Positions 1 to 9,042 of a stretch of DNA of 64,000 nucleotides are shown here, in pieces. The stretch lies in contig JASGJH010000001.1 of NCBI GenBank assembly GCA_047601445.1, positions 8,800,001 through 8,864,000 of the forward strand, in the 5' to 3' direction. This DNA comes from Myxococcales bacterium (GTDB lineage: Bacteria; Myxococcota_A; Polyangia; Polyangiales; DASUME01). The notes under the pieces are model-generated. The model did not search any database and was not told the DNA's origin. It was given only the letters and a program-made list of their open reading frames with translations. Within the stretch, counting starts at the first letter, position 1. Every line of letters begins with the position of its first letter. The position numbers and the translations under genes were made by a program.

Positions 1-179
1 CACCCTCGCGAGTGCCCAAACTCAGCTGCGCGGAGCCCAGGCCGAGCTCACCGACTGCGAGGCACGCGTGCGCGCCCTCGACGTCCGCTTCGGACGGCGC
101 TGACCCGAACGGACCAAAGGGTCCGAGCTCGCCCCGCAAGCGACTGGCGCAAGCCTTGGGCCGACCCCAGACTGATCCT

Positions 180-890
180 GTGAGCTTGAGCAGGTCCCTG
201 AAGTCCCTTCTGTTCTGTGGCCAGCTGCTGCTCGCGGGCGCCTGCGGGAACCCGACCCAGGACGCGCAGGCAACGAACCGGACGAGCGCCCCCGCTTCCC
301 TCGAGCAAGTGATGGGGGCAAGCGCGCCTGCCAAGCCGCCCTTCGCGGTGGAGGGCGAGGCGCAAGGCCTCTTGCTTGTGTGGTACGACGCCGACGGTGC
401 GGCCCACAGCGCCGAGAGCCGCGCTCAGATTCCCGACGACCGCCGCGCCCAGGTCCGGGTGGACTCCCTCGAGGTTCCGCCGGAGGCGCGCCTGGACCCT
501 GCCTTCATGTACGTGGCCGACCTGCGCGCGCCCGGGGCCGACGGGCGTTATGGCGTGCGACAGGTCTCGCGTGAGGCCTTCGAGGCGGCCCTGATGAAGC
601 CCGCGCCCGCCGCGTCCACGGCCCTGGCTGCGGCGAAGGACGAGGGAGTGATCATCTACGGGGCGAGCTGGTGTGGCGCCTGTCGCCAAGCCGCGGGCTA
701 CCTGCGCCAGAAGAACGTGCCCTTCATCGAGAAGGACATCGAGAAGGAGCCGGGTGCCCGCAGTGAAATGGCAGCCAAAGCCAAGGCCCAGGGGCTGCGC
801 ACCTCCGGCATCCCGGTCATCGACGTGTACGGGACGCTGATGGGCGGGTTCAGCCCCAGCCAGCTGGACGCCCTGCTGGCGCGCAAATAA
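180..890 (+). CDS. Glutaredoxin/NrdH-like (CGAC) domain lipoprotein
   Basis: C-terminal YGASWCGAC...FIEKDIEK...GIPVIDV...GFS glutaredoxin fold; LAGAC lipobox. The ORF track starts at 12; GTG 180 is preferred because it gives a signal peptide and has CAGACT 6 nt upstream. Confidence 0.8.
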   Translation: MSLSRSLKSLLFCGQLLLAGACGNPTQDAQATNRTSAPASLEQVMGASAPAKPPFAVEGEAQGLLLVWYDADGAAHSAESRAQIPDDRRAQVRVDSLEVPPEARLDPAFMYVADLRAPGADGRYGVRQVSREAFEAALMKPAPAASTALAAAKDEGVIIYGASWCGACRQAAGYLRQKNVPFIEKDIEKEPGARSEMAAKAKAQGLRTSGIPVIDVYGTLMGGFSPSQLDALLARK

Positions 891-904
891 GCGGAGGCTG
901 TTCT

Positions 905-987
905 ACGAGGAGGTCACGCGACCTCTCCGCCCGTCGCGGCAAAGTCCCCGCGGGGCCCACCCCTCCGCGAGCTTCGCTTCGCCCACG
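905..987 (+). repeat. Structured ~80-nt intergenic repeat, copy 1
   Basis: GGAGGTC-ACGC-GACCTC...CGCGGC-AAA-GT...GCGA-GCT-TCGC-TTCGCCCACG; aligns with copies at 10962, 11875 and 54257. Confidence 0.9.
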
Positions 988-1010
988 CGATGCTCGTTGA
1001 TTCGTCGCCT

Positions 1011-2579
1011 TCAGCTACGGGGGCGCTTGTTCTTCTTCTTGCGATAGACCACGCGCACGGGCGTGCCCACGAAGTCGAAGTGCTTCAGCAGCTGGTTCTG
1101 CACGTAGCGCCGGTAGCTGAAGTGCACGTACTCGGGGAAGTTGGTGCTGGCCACGAACGTGGGCGGCTCGGTCTGGGCCTGGGTCACGTAGTAGAGGCGC
1201 ACCGAGTGGCCGGCCTGGGGAGGCGGCGGGTGGTGGGCCAGGACCTGCTCGAAGAAGCGATTGAGCTCGCCCGTGCCCACGCGCCGCCGGAAGCACGACA
1301 TCACCAGATCGACCTGATCCAGCAGCTTCGTGGTGCCACGGCCGTTGAGAGCGCTCGCGACCATGACTGGGGCATACGCGGCGAAGTTCAGGATCTCACG
1401 CGTGCGCTCGATGGCCTTGTTGAGCTCGTCTCGCGTCAGGAGGTCGCTCTTGTTGAGCACCACGATCATGGCGCGCCCGCGATCGTTGGCGAGACCGGCG
1501 ATCTTGGCGTCCTGTTCACCGACACCCTCGCGGGCGTCGATCATCAGAATCACCAGGTCGCAGCGCTCCATGGCGCGTACCGCGGAGAGCACGCCTTGCT
1601 GTTCGGTGTTCTCCTTCTTGCGCGCCTTCTTGCGGATGCCGGCCGTGTCGATGAGCACGTACTGCTTGCCGTTTTTCTCGAGCAAGGTGTCGATGCTGTC
1701 CACGGTGGTGCCGGCGCGCGCGTCCACCAACTGGCGTTCCTCGCCGAGGAAATGATTCACGAGCGAAGACTTGCCGGCGTTGGGGCGGCCGATGATGGCG
1801 ATGTGCGGGGCGTTCTCGTAGCCGGTCTCCGCGTGCTCCTTCGGCGGCGGCAGCGCAGCCACCATGGCCTCTTCGAGGTCGCCGATGCCGTGGCCGTGTA
1901 GGGCGCTGACCGGGAAGAAGGTCTCGATGCCGAGCTCGTAGAGATGAGTGGCCTCTTCGATGCGCTTCGGGGAGTCGCACTTGTTGCCGATGAAGAGCAC
2001 CGGCTTTTTCGCTCGCCGCAGCAGCTTCACCGCTTCGATATCGGCGGGCAGCGGCACGCTGGTGGCGTCGAGCACGCACAACACCACGTCGGCTTCCTCG
2101 AGGGCCAGGCGAACCTGACGCGCGATGCCCTCCTGCATGGGGTCGTCGCTGTCGGGGTCGAAGCCGCCCGTGTCGATGAGCACGTATTCGCGGAGTAGGG
2201 CCTCGGCGTCCGCATAGTGGCGGTCGCGCGTCACGCCGGGCCGGTCCTCGACGATGGCGATGTTGGCGCGGGCCAAGCGGTTGAAGAGCGTGCTCTTGCC
2301 CACGTTGGGGCGTCCCACCACGGCCACCAGGGGGCGCGGCGTACGAGCGCCTGCGGGACGCTCCTTGCGCTTGCGTCGGCGGGGGCGTCCCGAGCTCTCT
2401 TCGGCTTCCGCTTCGTCTTCTTCGTCTTCTTCGTCCTCGGGCTCTTCGTCGTCGTCGAACTCGTCATCGTCGAGTTCTTCGTCGTCACCTTCGGGCTCGT
2501 CGCCTTCGGGCTCGTCACCTTCGGGGTCGCCGGATGCTGGGGGATCGTTGGGGTCGAACGCGTCGTCTTCGATGTTCAC
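1011..2579 (-). CDS. der: Ribosome biogenesis GTPase Der (EngA) with acidic N-terminal extension
   Basis: Two G domains (GRPNVGKS/DTGG/NKCD and GRPNAGKS/DTAG/NKSD) and a C-terminal KH-like YRRYVQNQL..FDFVGTPV; GTG start overlaps the era stop. Confidence 0.97.
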   Translation of the reverse strand: MNIEDDAFDPNDPPASGDPEGDEPEGDEPEGDDEELDDDEFDDDEEPEDEEDEEDEAEAEESSGRPRRRKRKERPAGARTPRPLVAVVGRPNVGKSTLFNRLARANIAIVEDRPGVTRDRHYADAEALLREYVLIDTGGFDPDSDDPMQEGIARQVRLALEEADVVLCVLDATSVPLPADIEAVKLLRRAKKPVLFIGNKCDSPKRIEEATHLYELGIETFFPVSALHGHGIGDLEEAMVAALPPPKEHAETGYENAPHIAIIGRPNAGKSSLVNHFLGEERQLVDARAGTTVDSIDTLLEKNGKQYVLIDTAGIRKKARKKENTEQQGVLSAVRAMERCDLVILMIDAREGVGEQDAKIAGLANDRGRAMIVVLNKSDLLTRDELNKAIERTREILNFAAYAPVMVASALNGRGTTKLLDQVDLVMSCFRRRVGTGELNRFFEQVLAHHPPPPQAGHSVRLYYVTQAQTEPPTFVASTNFPEYVHFSYRRYVQNQLLKHFDFVGTPVRVVYRKKKNKRPRS

Positions 2580-3529
2580 GGACTGCTCTCCATGGCGAGG
2601 CGGCGCACGCTCGCGGGATCCTCGGTCCAGTTCTCGATGACCTTCACGAACAGCCCCAGGTACACCTTGCGCTCCACCAGCTTTTCAATCTCCGCGCGCG
2701 CTTCGCTGCCGATCTTCTTCAGCATCTGCCCGCCGGCGCCCACCACGATCTTCTTGTGATTCGGCTTGTCCACCACGATGGAGGCCTCGATGCGCGTGAG
2801 CTTGTCGGTCTCTTCGAAGCTGTCGATCAACACGGCCACCGCGTACGGGATCTCCTCGTGGGTGTTGCGGATCACGGCCTCGCGCACCAGCTCCGAGGCG
2901 AAGAAGCGCTCGGGGCGGTCGGTGAGGTAGTCAGGATCGTCGTAGAGCACCCCGGGTGGCAGGTGCTTGCGCAGCTCCGACACGAGCTGCTTCACGCCCT
3001 TCTCCTTGAGGCCGGAGATGGGCACTACGGCCTCGGGCGTGAGCTCGCGCTGATAGAACTCGAGGTAGGGCAGGAGCTTCGACTTGTCCTTGAGCTTGTC
3101 GATCTTGTTGATCGCCACGACCAGCTTGGTGCGCGTGTTGGTCTTGAGCAGCTCGCGGACTTCCCTGTCTTGGGCCGCGAAATTGGCTTCGCTCGGCGAC
3201 TTGTCGTTGGGGCTCTCCACCAACCAGAGGACCACGTCGGTATCGGCGAGGGCGCCCTGGGCCTCCTCCACCAGTGCGCGTCCGAGCGCGTTCTTGGGGC
3301 GGTGCAGCCCGGGGGTGTCCAGGAACGCAATTTGGGTGGGGGGCTCGCTGCTGCTGTAGACACCGAGGATGCGGTGGCGCGTGGTCTGGGGCTTGGAGGT
3401 GGCGATGGCCAGCTTTTGCCCGAGCAGCGCATTCAACAGGGTCGACTTGCCCACGTTCGGGCGGCCCACGATCGTACAGCGGCCTGCCCGGGGACCGGTC
3501 TCCGCGTCGTCTTCAACTACATCAGCCAT
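2576..3529 (-). CDS. era: GTPase Era
   Basis: GRPNVGKSTLLN, KPQTTR, DTPG, NKID, HEEIPY and KH domain (KKIVVGAGG..LKKIG). Confidence 0.97.
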   Translation of the reverse strand: MADVVEDDAETGPRAGRCTIVGRPNVGKSTLLNALLGQKLAIATSKPQTTRHRILGVYSSSEPPTQIAFLDTPGLHRPKNALGRALVEEAQGALADTDVVLWLVESPNDKSPSEANFAAQDREVRELLKTNTRTKLVVAINKIDKLKDKSKLLPYLEFYQRELTPEAVVPISGLKEKGVKQLVSELRKHLPPGVLYDDPDYLTDRPERFFASELVREAVIRNTHEEIPYAVAVLIDSFEETDKLTRIEASIVVDKPNHKKIVVGAGGQMLKKIGSEARAEIEKLVERKVYLGLFVKVIENWTEDPASVRRLAMESSP

Positions 3530-3593
3530 GGAAGTTGTTCAGTGTAGTGCGATGCGCTCCCCGGGCCAGGTTTCGTTCTGGTAGAACCCGTGC

Positions 3594-4517
3594 GTGCGGC
3601 GAATTTCATGGGCCTTTTCGAGCCTCCTCGCGCTGTGCGCCGCATGGTTGGTGCAGCTCAGCCCGTACGCCAGGCAGGCGCGCGCCGTGGAGCAGGGCTC
3701 CGCGGTATTCATCGCTCCCGGCTGGTTCACCATGGGCGCGACCCAGGGCGACGTCGAGTTCGCCCGGCGCCTGTGCGTGACCGAGCGCATGTCCGAGGCC
3801 CTACGGCTGCGCGGCTGCGCCAACGAGGACCTCTTCAGCGAGGAGTCGCCCGCACGGCGCGTCTACGTCTCGGGCTTCTGGCTGGACCGTTTCGAGCTCA
3901 GCCGCAGCGAGTACGCTGCCTGTGTGGCGGTCGGGGCGTGCAGCGTGCCGGTGCGACCCACGGAGCACCCGGGGCTCACCCACCCGCGACATCCGATGGT
4001 AGGCATCAGCCAGGTCCAGGCGGCCGAGGCGTGCCGTTTTCGTGGGGGTCGCTTGCCGAGCGAGGCCGAATGGGAGCGCGGCGCGCGCGGAGACTCGGGT
4101 CGTCGCTTCCCATGGGGCAATTTTCACAATGAGGGGCTGGCCAATCAGGGAGGTGCGTCGCCCAGCGGGGCCGGCGCGGAGGGCCAGCCTTCGGACCGCG
4201 ATGGATTCGCGTTTGCCGCACCCGTGGACGCGTTCTTCCAGGCGCGCAGTCCCCATGGGTTGGTCCAGATGGCGGGCAACGTCTGGGAATGGACCCGTGA
4301 CACGTATGTACCGCTCGCCGTGGTGAACCAACGGGTCAACCCCTCCGAGACCCGGACGCCAGGTCTGTGGGTCGTGCGCGGGGGATCCTTTCGCAGCCCA
4401 GCCTATGCCTTGCGCGTGACCCACCGCGAGCCACGGCCGGCTGGCACGGGCTTTGTGGATGTGGGTGTGCGGTGTGCCTACGACGCCCCTGATCGAAGCG
4501 CGCCCTCGGGCCCGTGA
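3594..4517 (+). CDS. Secreted FGE-sulfatase (SUMF1/EgtB/PvdO-like) domain protein
   Basis: FTMG, ESPARRV, RLPSEAEWERGARG, MAGNVWEW, RGGSF, GVRCA motifs; signal peptide. Confidence 0.9.
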   Translation: MRRISWAFSSLLALCAAWLVQLSPYARQARAVEQGSAVFIAPGWFTMGATQGDVEFARRLCVTERMSEALRLRGCANEDLFSEESPARRVYVSGFWLDRFELSRSEYAACVAVGACSVPVRPTEHPGLTHPRHPMVGISQVQAAEACRFRGGRLPSEAEWERGARGDSGRRFPWGNFHNEGLANQGGASPSGAGAEGQPSDRDGFAFAAPVDAFFQARSPHGLVQMAGNVWEWTRDTYVPLAVVNQRVNPSETRTPGLWVVRGGSFRSPAYALRVTHREPRPAGTGFVDVGVRCAYDAPDRSAPSGP

Positions 4518-4671
4518 GCGCCGGATCGGCATGCCGTAAACGCAGACCGTCCTTGAGAAAACGGCTATGCTCGGGCTTCGTCGGTCGGTCCCGAGCGACC
4601 GTTACGAAAGTCTGAGCGCCGAGCGCAGCAATCCCCACGGGATCGCGCGAGGTGGCTCGGTGGAGGACTGG

Positions 4672-5616
4672 ATGAGGAGACTTGTACAGACGCTCGCGCA
4701 GATGGTCGCGGTGGTCCTGTTGGTGGTGAGCAGTTCCAGTGCGCTCGCCGAGCCTCCCACGCCCAAGGACAAGGCCCGCGCACGCGAGCTGTACACCCTG
4801 GGCCAGCAGATGTTTCGGCAGGGAGACTTCGCGGGCGCCGAGAAGTCCTTCGTGGATGCCTACGCAGCCGTGCCGAACCCCATCGTGCTCCTGAGCATCG
4901 CCGAATGTCAGGTGCGCACCGAGAACTTCACCGAAGCCGTGGTGACGCTGTCGCGCTACGTGAGCGAGCGTCCGGACGCGCCCGACCGTGCCCAGGTCGA
5001 AGAGCAGATTCAGAAGCTCAAGGCCAAGCCCGGCCTCGTCACGGTGGAGAGCACGCCGGCGGGGGCCACGATTTGGGTCGACGGGCAGAACAGCTCGCGG
5101 ATCACGCCGGCAGACATCGAGTTGCCGGCGGGCGATCACGTGATCAGCGTGGAGGCCCAGGGCTACAACAACGCCGAGCAGACGGTCACGGTGTTGATCG
5201 GCTCCGTGCAGCGCGTGAGCTTGTCGCCCATCCCGCAGGCGCCCCCGGCCGAGAGCGTGGCCACGACGCCCGAGGTCCAGATCCAGGCGCGCGCCACCAG
5301 TGAAGGCAAGCTGCCAATGTGGATCGCCACCGGTGTGGCCGGCGCGGGTCTGGTTACCGGCGCCATCCTGGGAGGCCTTGCACTCAAGGAAAAGGGCGAC
5401 TTCGATAGCCATCCGACCGAGGGCAAGGCCGACAAGGGCGAGCGCCTGGCGTTGTTCGCCGACGTTGGCTTCGGCATCGCGGCCGCAGCCGGCATCACCG
5501 CGGTGGTGCTCTACGTGACCCGCGACAAGGACGCCGACAAGAGCCAGCAGTCCTGGTCCATCAAGCCCAACCTGGCCAAGAGCAATCTCGGCCTCACGGG
5601 TCGCCTGCACTTCTAA
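4672..5616 (+). CDS. TPR + PEGA domain exported protein with C-terminal hydrophobic/beta-strand region
   Basis: Signal peptide; TPR-like ARELYTLGQQMFRQGDFAGAEKSF; PEGA VESTPAGATIWVDG...LPAGDHVISV; Gly-rich helices; ends GLTGRLHF. ATG 4672 follows GGAGG. Confidence 0.85.
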   Translation: MRRLVQTLAQMVAVVLLVVSSSSALAEPPTPKDKARARELYTLGQQMFRQGDFAGAEKSFVDAYAAVPNPIVLLSIAECQVRTENFTEAVVTLSRYVSERPDAPDRAQVEEQIQKLKAKPGLVTVESTPAGATIWVDGQNSSRITPADIELPAGDHVISVEAQGYNNAEQTVTVLIGSVQRVSLSPIPQAPPAESVATTPEVQIQARATSEGKLPMWIATGVAGAGLVTGAILGGLALKEKGDFDSHPTEGKADKGERLALFADVGFGIAAAAGITAVVLYVTRDKDADKSQQSWSIKPNLAKSNLGLTGRLHF

Positions 5617-5725
5617 GCCAGCACTTCTCTGCCGCTCGCGGTTTCTGTCTCAGTCGTTCGCCTCTTTTTTTCCCGCGCGCTCGAGAGCGCGCTTCGACAA
5701 CGGCTTCCCAAGGGGGACTTTGCCC

Positions 5726-7687
5726 ATGTTGCGCTCGCGTGTCCTTGCTCTGCCGCTCCTCTGTGCCTGGTTGACCGCTTGCTCGTTCATCGTGGACTTC
5801 GATCGCAGCAAGATCGACCACGGCGGCAACGACTCGGGGGCTGGCGACGGGGATGGCGATGGCGACGGCGATATGGACAGCGGGCAAATCCACGTGGACG
5901 CGGGGCACGACGCATCGGTGAAGCCCGACGCCAACACGGGCTGCACGGACAACGACGGTTGCGCCAGCGATCAACTGTGCTGCGGGAACGTCTGTGTGAA
6001 CACGTCCCTCGCGGGCTGTACGGGCTGCGGCGTGGCCTGTGAGAGCAACCTCTCCTCGAGCTGCGTGGGCCGCGAGTGCAAGTGCGGAACGAACGCGGTG
6101 TGCACGGGCTCGGGTAGCAGCGCGTTTTGTGCGGGCGCTGTCGGCGAGCAGAGCTGCGTCGAGTGTCGCGATTCGGATGACTGCCCCGTCGACAAGAGCC
6201 AGTGCGTGAGTGGCGCGTGCCAGGCCTGCGTGCCTGGTCCGGCCAACGCGGGCTGCGGTGGCAACAAGCCCTTCTGCAACCCCGACACCAAGGTCTGTGA
6301 GGCTTGCACGGCTTCGCCCGACAACTGCACCGGGGCCCTGGTGTGCACATTGAGCGGAGCCTGCGGTGGCTGCGCCAACTCGATGGTGGATTGCACCAAC
6401 CCCGACGAGCCCATCTGCAACAAGAACTCGACGCAGTGCACGGCTTGCACGGGCGACGACGTGGCCAGCTCCGCGTGCGTGACGGAGCAGGGCAAGGCCT
6501 ACTGCGTGAACAACCAGAAGTGCAGCGTGTGCTTGCCCGACACGGAGGCCGGCTGCGATGGCACCTCGAACAAGCCGGACTGCCGCCTGAACGGCAACCA
6601 GTACGAGTGCCAGGCCTGCACCAGCAACACGCACTGCGAGAACCTCGGCGTGCGCGACACCTGCGTTACCAGCGGGGCTGGCAGCGGAAAGTGCGTCGAG
6701 TGCCAGGCCAATGCCGACTGCACGGACGCCGACAAGCCGCTGTGCGACCCGTCCTCGGGGCTGTGCAAGCGCTGCGATCAAGTGGCGAACGCCGACGCCC
6801 AGTGCGGCATGAAGAACGGCAGCACCTGCGACGAGGCCATGGGGCGCTGCGTGGAGTGCACGGTCGCCACTCAGGCTGCGGACTGCACGACGAACGGTCA
6901 GACCGTATGCAGCAATAACATGTGCGTGCAGTGCACCGATGCCACCGAGGTCGCCAAGTGCGGCAATGACGTGTGTGTGAGCAACGCGTGCGTCAACTGC
7001 ACCCTCGACCTGCAGTGCGTGGCTCACACGGGGAAGCAGTGCGTCACCGTGGGCGCGGGCAACAACGACTGCAAGGCGTGTGATCCCGCGGGCGCTACCG
7101 GCTCCAACGGATGCACCGGGCTCCAGGTCTGCAATCCTGTCACCTTCACCTGCGACACCGTGCAGTGCTTGGCCAATACGGATTGCACCGCCGATCCCAA
7201 CAAGCCTCTTTGCGATAACACGCACAACTGCGTGCGCTGCGACACGCTCGGCGATGCCGAGGCCGACGCGGCCTGCGCGGGTAAGCCTGGTAGCAATGAC
7301 ATCTGCGTGCGCGCCACAGGCGCCTGCGCGGTGTGCGAGCCGGCGACGGATCAGGGGTGCCCTGGCAGCCAGAGCGCCGAGAAGGATCAGTGCAATGGCG
7401 CGGCCACGCCCGCGTGCGTGGATTGCGACGCCTCGGGAGGGTGCGCCGCGGCCAACACCATCTGCGACGTGGCGAAACTCGTCTGCGTCTCCACCGTCTG
7501 CACCACACTTGGATTGAGCGGAGACTGCGCTGGCAATCCCGCCGGCGAGGCATGCGTCGACCCGGACGCCTCCGGCTCGGGCTTCGAGTGCCGAAAGTGC
7601 GATCCCACCCTGGGCGGCGGCATGGGCACAGCGGCAGGCTGCGCTGCGGGCGAGACGTGCCAGGCCGACTTCACCTGCGCGCCCTGA
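5726..7687 (+). CDS. Large Cys-rich repeat lipoprotein (myxobacterial type)
   Basis: LTAC lipobox, GDGD linker, many C-x-x-C-x(n)-C repeats such as CVECQANADCTDADKPLCD. Confidence 0.9.
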   Translation: MLRSRVLALPLLCAWLTACSFIVDFDRSKIDHGGNDSGAGDGDGDGDGDMDSGQIHVDAGHDASVKPDANTGCTDNDGCASDQLCCGNVCVNTSLAGCTGCGVACESNLSSSCVGRECKCGTNAVCTGSGSSAFCAGAVGEQSCVECRDSDDCPVDKSQCVSGACQACVPGPANAGCGGNKPFCNPDTKVCEACTASPDNCTGALVCTLSGACGGCANSMVDCTNPDEPICNKNSTQCTACTGDDVASSACVTEQGKAYCVNNQKCSVCLPDTEAGCDGTSNKPDCRLNGNQYECQACTSNTHCENLGVRDTCVTSGAGSGKCVECQANADCTDADKPLCDPSSGLCKRCDQVANADAQCGMKNGSTCDEAMGRCVECTVATQAADCTTNGQTVCSNNMCVQCTDATEVAKCGNDVCVSNACVNCTLDLQCVAHTGKQCVTVGAGNNDCKACDPAGATGSNGCTGLQVCNPVTFTCDTVQCLANTDCTADPNKPLCDNTHNCVRCDTLGDAEADAACAGKPGSNDICVRATGACAVCEPATDQGCPGSQSAEKDQCNGAATPACVDCDASGGCAAANTICDVAKLVCVSTVCTTLGLSGDCAGNPAGEACVDPDASGSGFECRKCDPTLGGGMGTAAGCAAGETCQADFTCAP

Positions 7688-7733
7688 CCGGCGCTCATTT
7701 TCCCTCGCCGCCCGCTCAGGCTAGGCTCTCCGC

Positions 7734-8081
7734 GTGCTTTCTTCGCGCCCCGTCCTCCCCGCCCTCGCGCTGCTCCTGCCGCTCGCGCTGAGCGGCTGTG
7801 AGGTCATCGCTGACTTCGATCGCGACCGGATCAACCAGTCGACCACCAAGCCGCCCGTGAGCATTCCGCCCACGGTGCCGCCCGAGGAGCAGCAGCCGTC
7901 CGAGGACGCAGGCTCGCCGGACGGGGGCCCGAGCGATGGCGGAAGTCCGGATGCGGGACTCGATGACGGTGGCCTCGACGCAGGTCCCGAGGACGCGGGC
8001 GACCTCGACGCAGCCACGGACGCGGGCGACGCCGGGGCTGACGCGGGCGACGCTGGGGCTGACGCGGGCGACGCTTCGTAA
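7734..8081 (+). CDS. Small lipoprotein with DAG-repeat low-complexity tail
   Basis: LSGC lipobox; mature N-terminus CEVIADFDRDRI resembles that of the upstream lipoprotein; TAGGCT -10 box 6 nt upstream. Confidence 0.8.
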   Translation: MLSSRPVLPALALLLPLALSGCEVIADFDRDRINQSTTKPPVSIPPTVPPEEQQPSEDAGSPDGGPSDGGSPDAGLDDGGLDAGPEDAGDLDAATDAGDAGADAGDAGADAGDAS

Positions 8082-8187
8082 GCCGTCTGACTATCCCGGG
8101 AGCTCGCGTACGCCTCTCTGGGCTTCGGCAACTGCTGCATTCGCTGGCGCATTGGGTCAGCGCCATGGCACCCGCGGCCAATCGGCT

Positions 8188-8901
8188 CTACTTGGGTGAC
8201 TTGCCGCGTTGACCGGCCTTGCCCGAGCCGTCGTCGGCCATCGGCAAGGTGGCGAGGGTGCTCTTCACCTGGTCGGCGAGGGTCCGGTAGAGCAGCATGT
8301 TGGTCGCGACCACGTCTTCGAGCGGCGTCCTGAAGTCCTCGCGGATCCAGCGCTCGGCCATGTACAGGTTGGCGCCCACCAAGCCATGCGAGAGGAACTC
8401 TGCGCTCAGCCGCGGATCGTGCGCCATCGTCGGGTACAGGAGCAGCATGAAGCCGCGCACCATGTTCGCGTAGTCCTCGATGGCCTTCTCCACGAACATG
8501 CGCACTTGCGGGTTCACCGCCAGCGCTGAAAACCCGATAATTCTGGCTCTTTTGGGGTCCTGGCGGATGAAGATGAAGTACGAGCGCAGGTAGGCTTCGG
8601 CGAGCGACATCGGGTCCTTGGGCGCCAACATGATCGCCTTCAGAACCTCGTTCTTGAGCTGCATGTTCACCTCTGCGAACACCGCCATGAACATGGTCGG
8701 CATGTTCTCGAAGGACTCGTAGAAGTAGCGCTCGGTGAGCTTCGCCTCGGCGCACAGCTCGCGAACCGTGACGGCGTGGTAGCCGCGCTCCCCGAAGGCC
8801 GCGATGCCCGCATCGATGAGCCGGCGCCGGCGCTCGGCTTGGCGCTCCTCCTGGGACTGGCCTTTGAACGTCCGGCTATTACTGCCTGACATCACAGACA
8901 C
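8188..8901 (-). CDS. TetR/AcrR family transcriptional regulator
   Basis: N-terminal HTH LIDAGIAAFGERGYHAVTVRELCAEAKLTERYFYESF; start may be ATG 8892. Confidence 0.93.
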   Translation of the reverse strand: MSVMSGSNSRTFKGQSQEERQAERRRRLIDAGIAAFGERGYHAVTVRELCAEAKLTERYFYESFENMPTMFMAVFAEVNMQLKNEVLKAIMLAPKDPMSLAEAYLRSYFIFIRQDPKRARIIGFSALAVNPQVRMFVEKAIEDYANMVRGFMLLLYPTMAHDPRLSAEFLSHGLVGANLYMAERWIREDFRTPLEDVVATNMLLYRTLADQVKSTLATLPMADDGSGKAGQRGKSPK

Positions 8902-8926
8902 TTTCGCAAACCGATAAGACCAACAT

Positions 8927-8972
8927 TGACATGGTCCGTTGTCATCCTGTACGTAGACATCATCTGTTGTCA
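8927..8972. promoter_or_regulatory. Two tandem palindromic operators (T/A)GACA-N8-TGTCA
   Basis: TGACATggtccGTTGTCA (8927-8944) and AGACATcatctGTTGTCA (8955-8972) between the divergent tetR and araC genes. Confidence 0.7.
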
Positions 8973-9042
8973 GTTTCTGGGTTCGACCTCAAAGACGGCA
9001 ACTCTTTCTTCACTTTGGCTGCGTTCATCGAGGTGGTGTCAG

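Noticed and set aside
3594..4517. True formylglycine-generating enzyme
   Set aside because: It lacks the catalytic Cys pair after RGGS (reads RGGSFRSPAYALR), so only the fold is supported.
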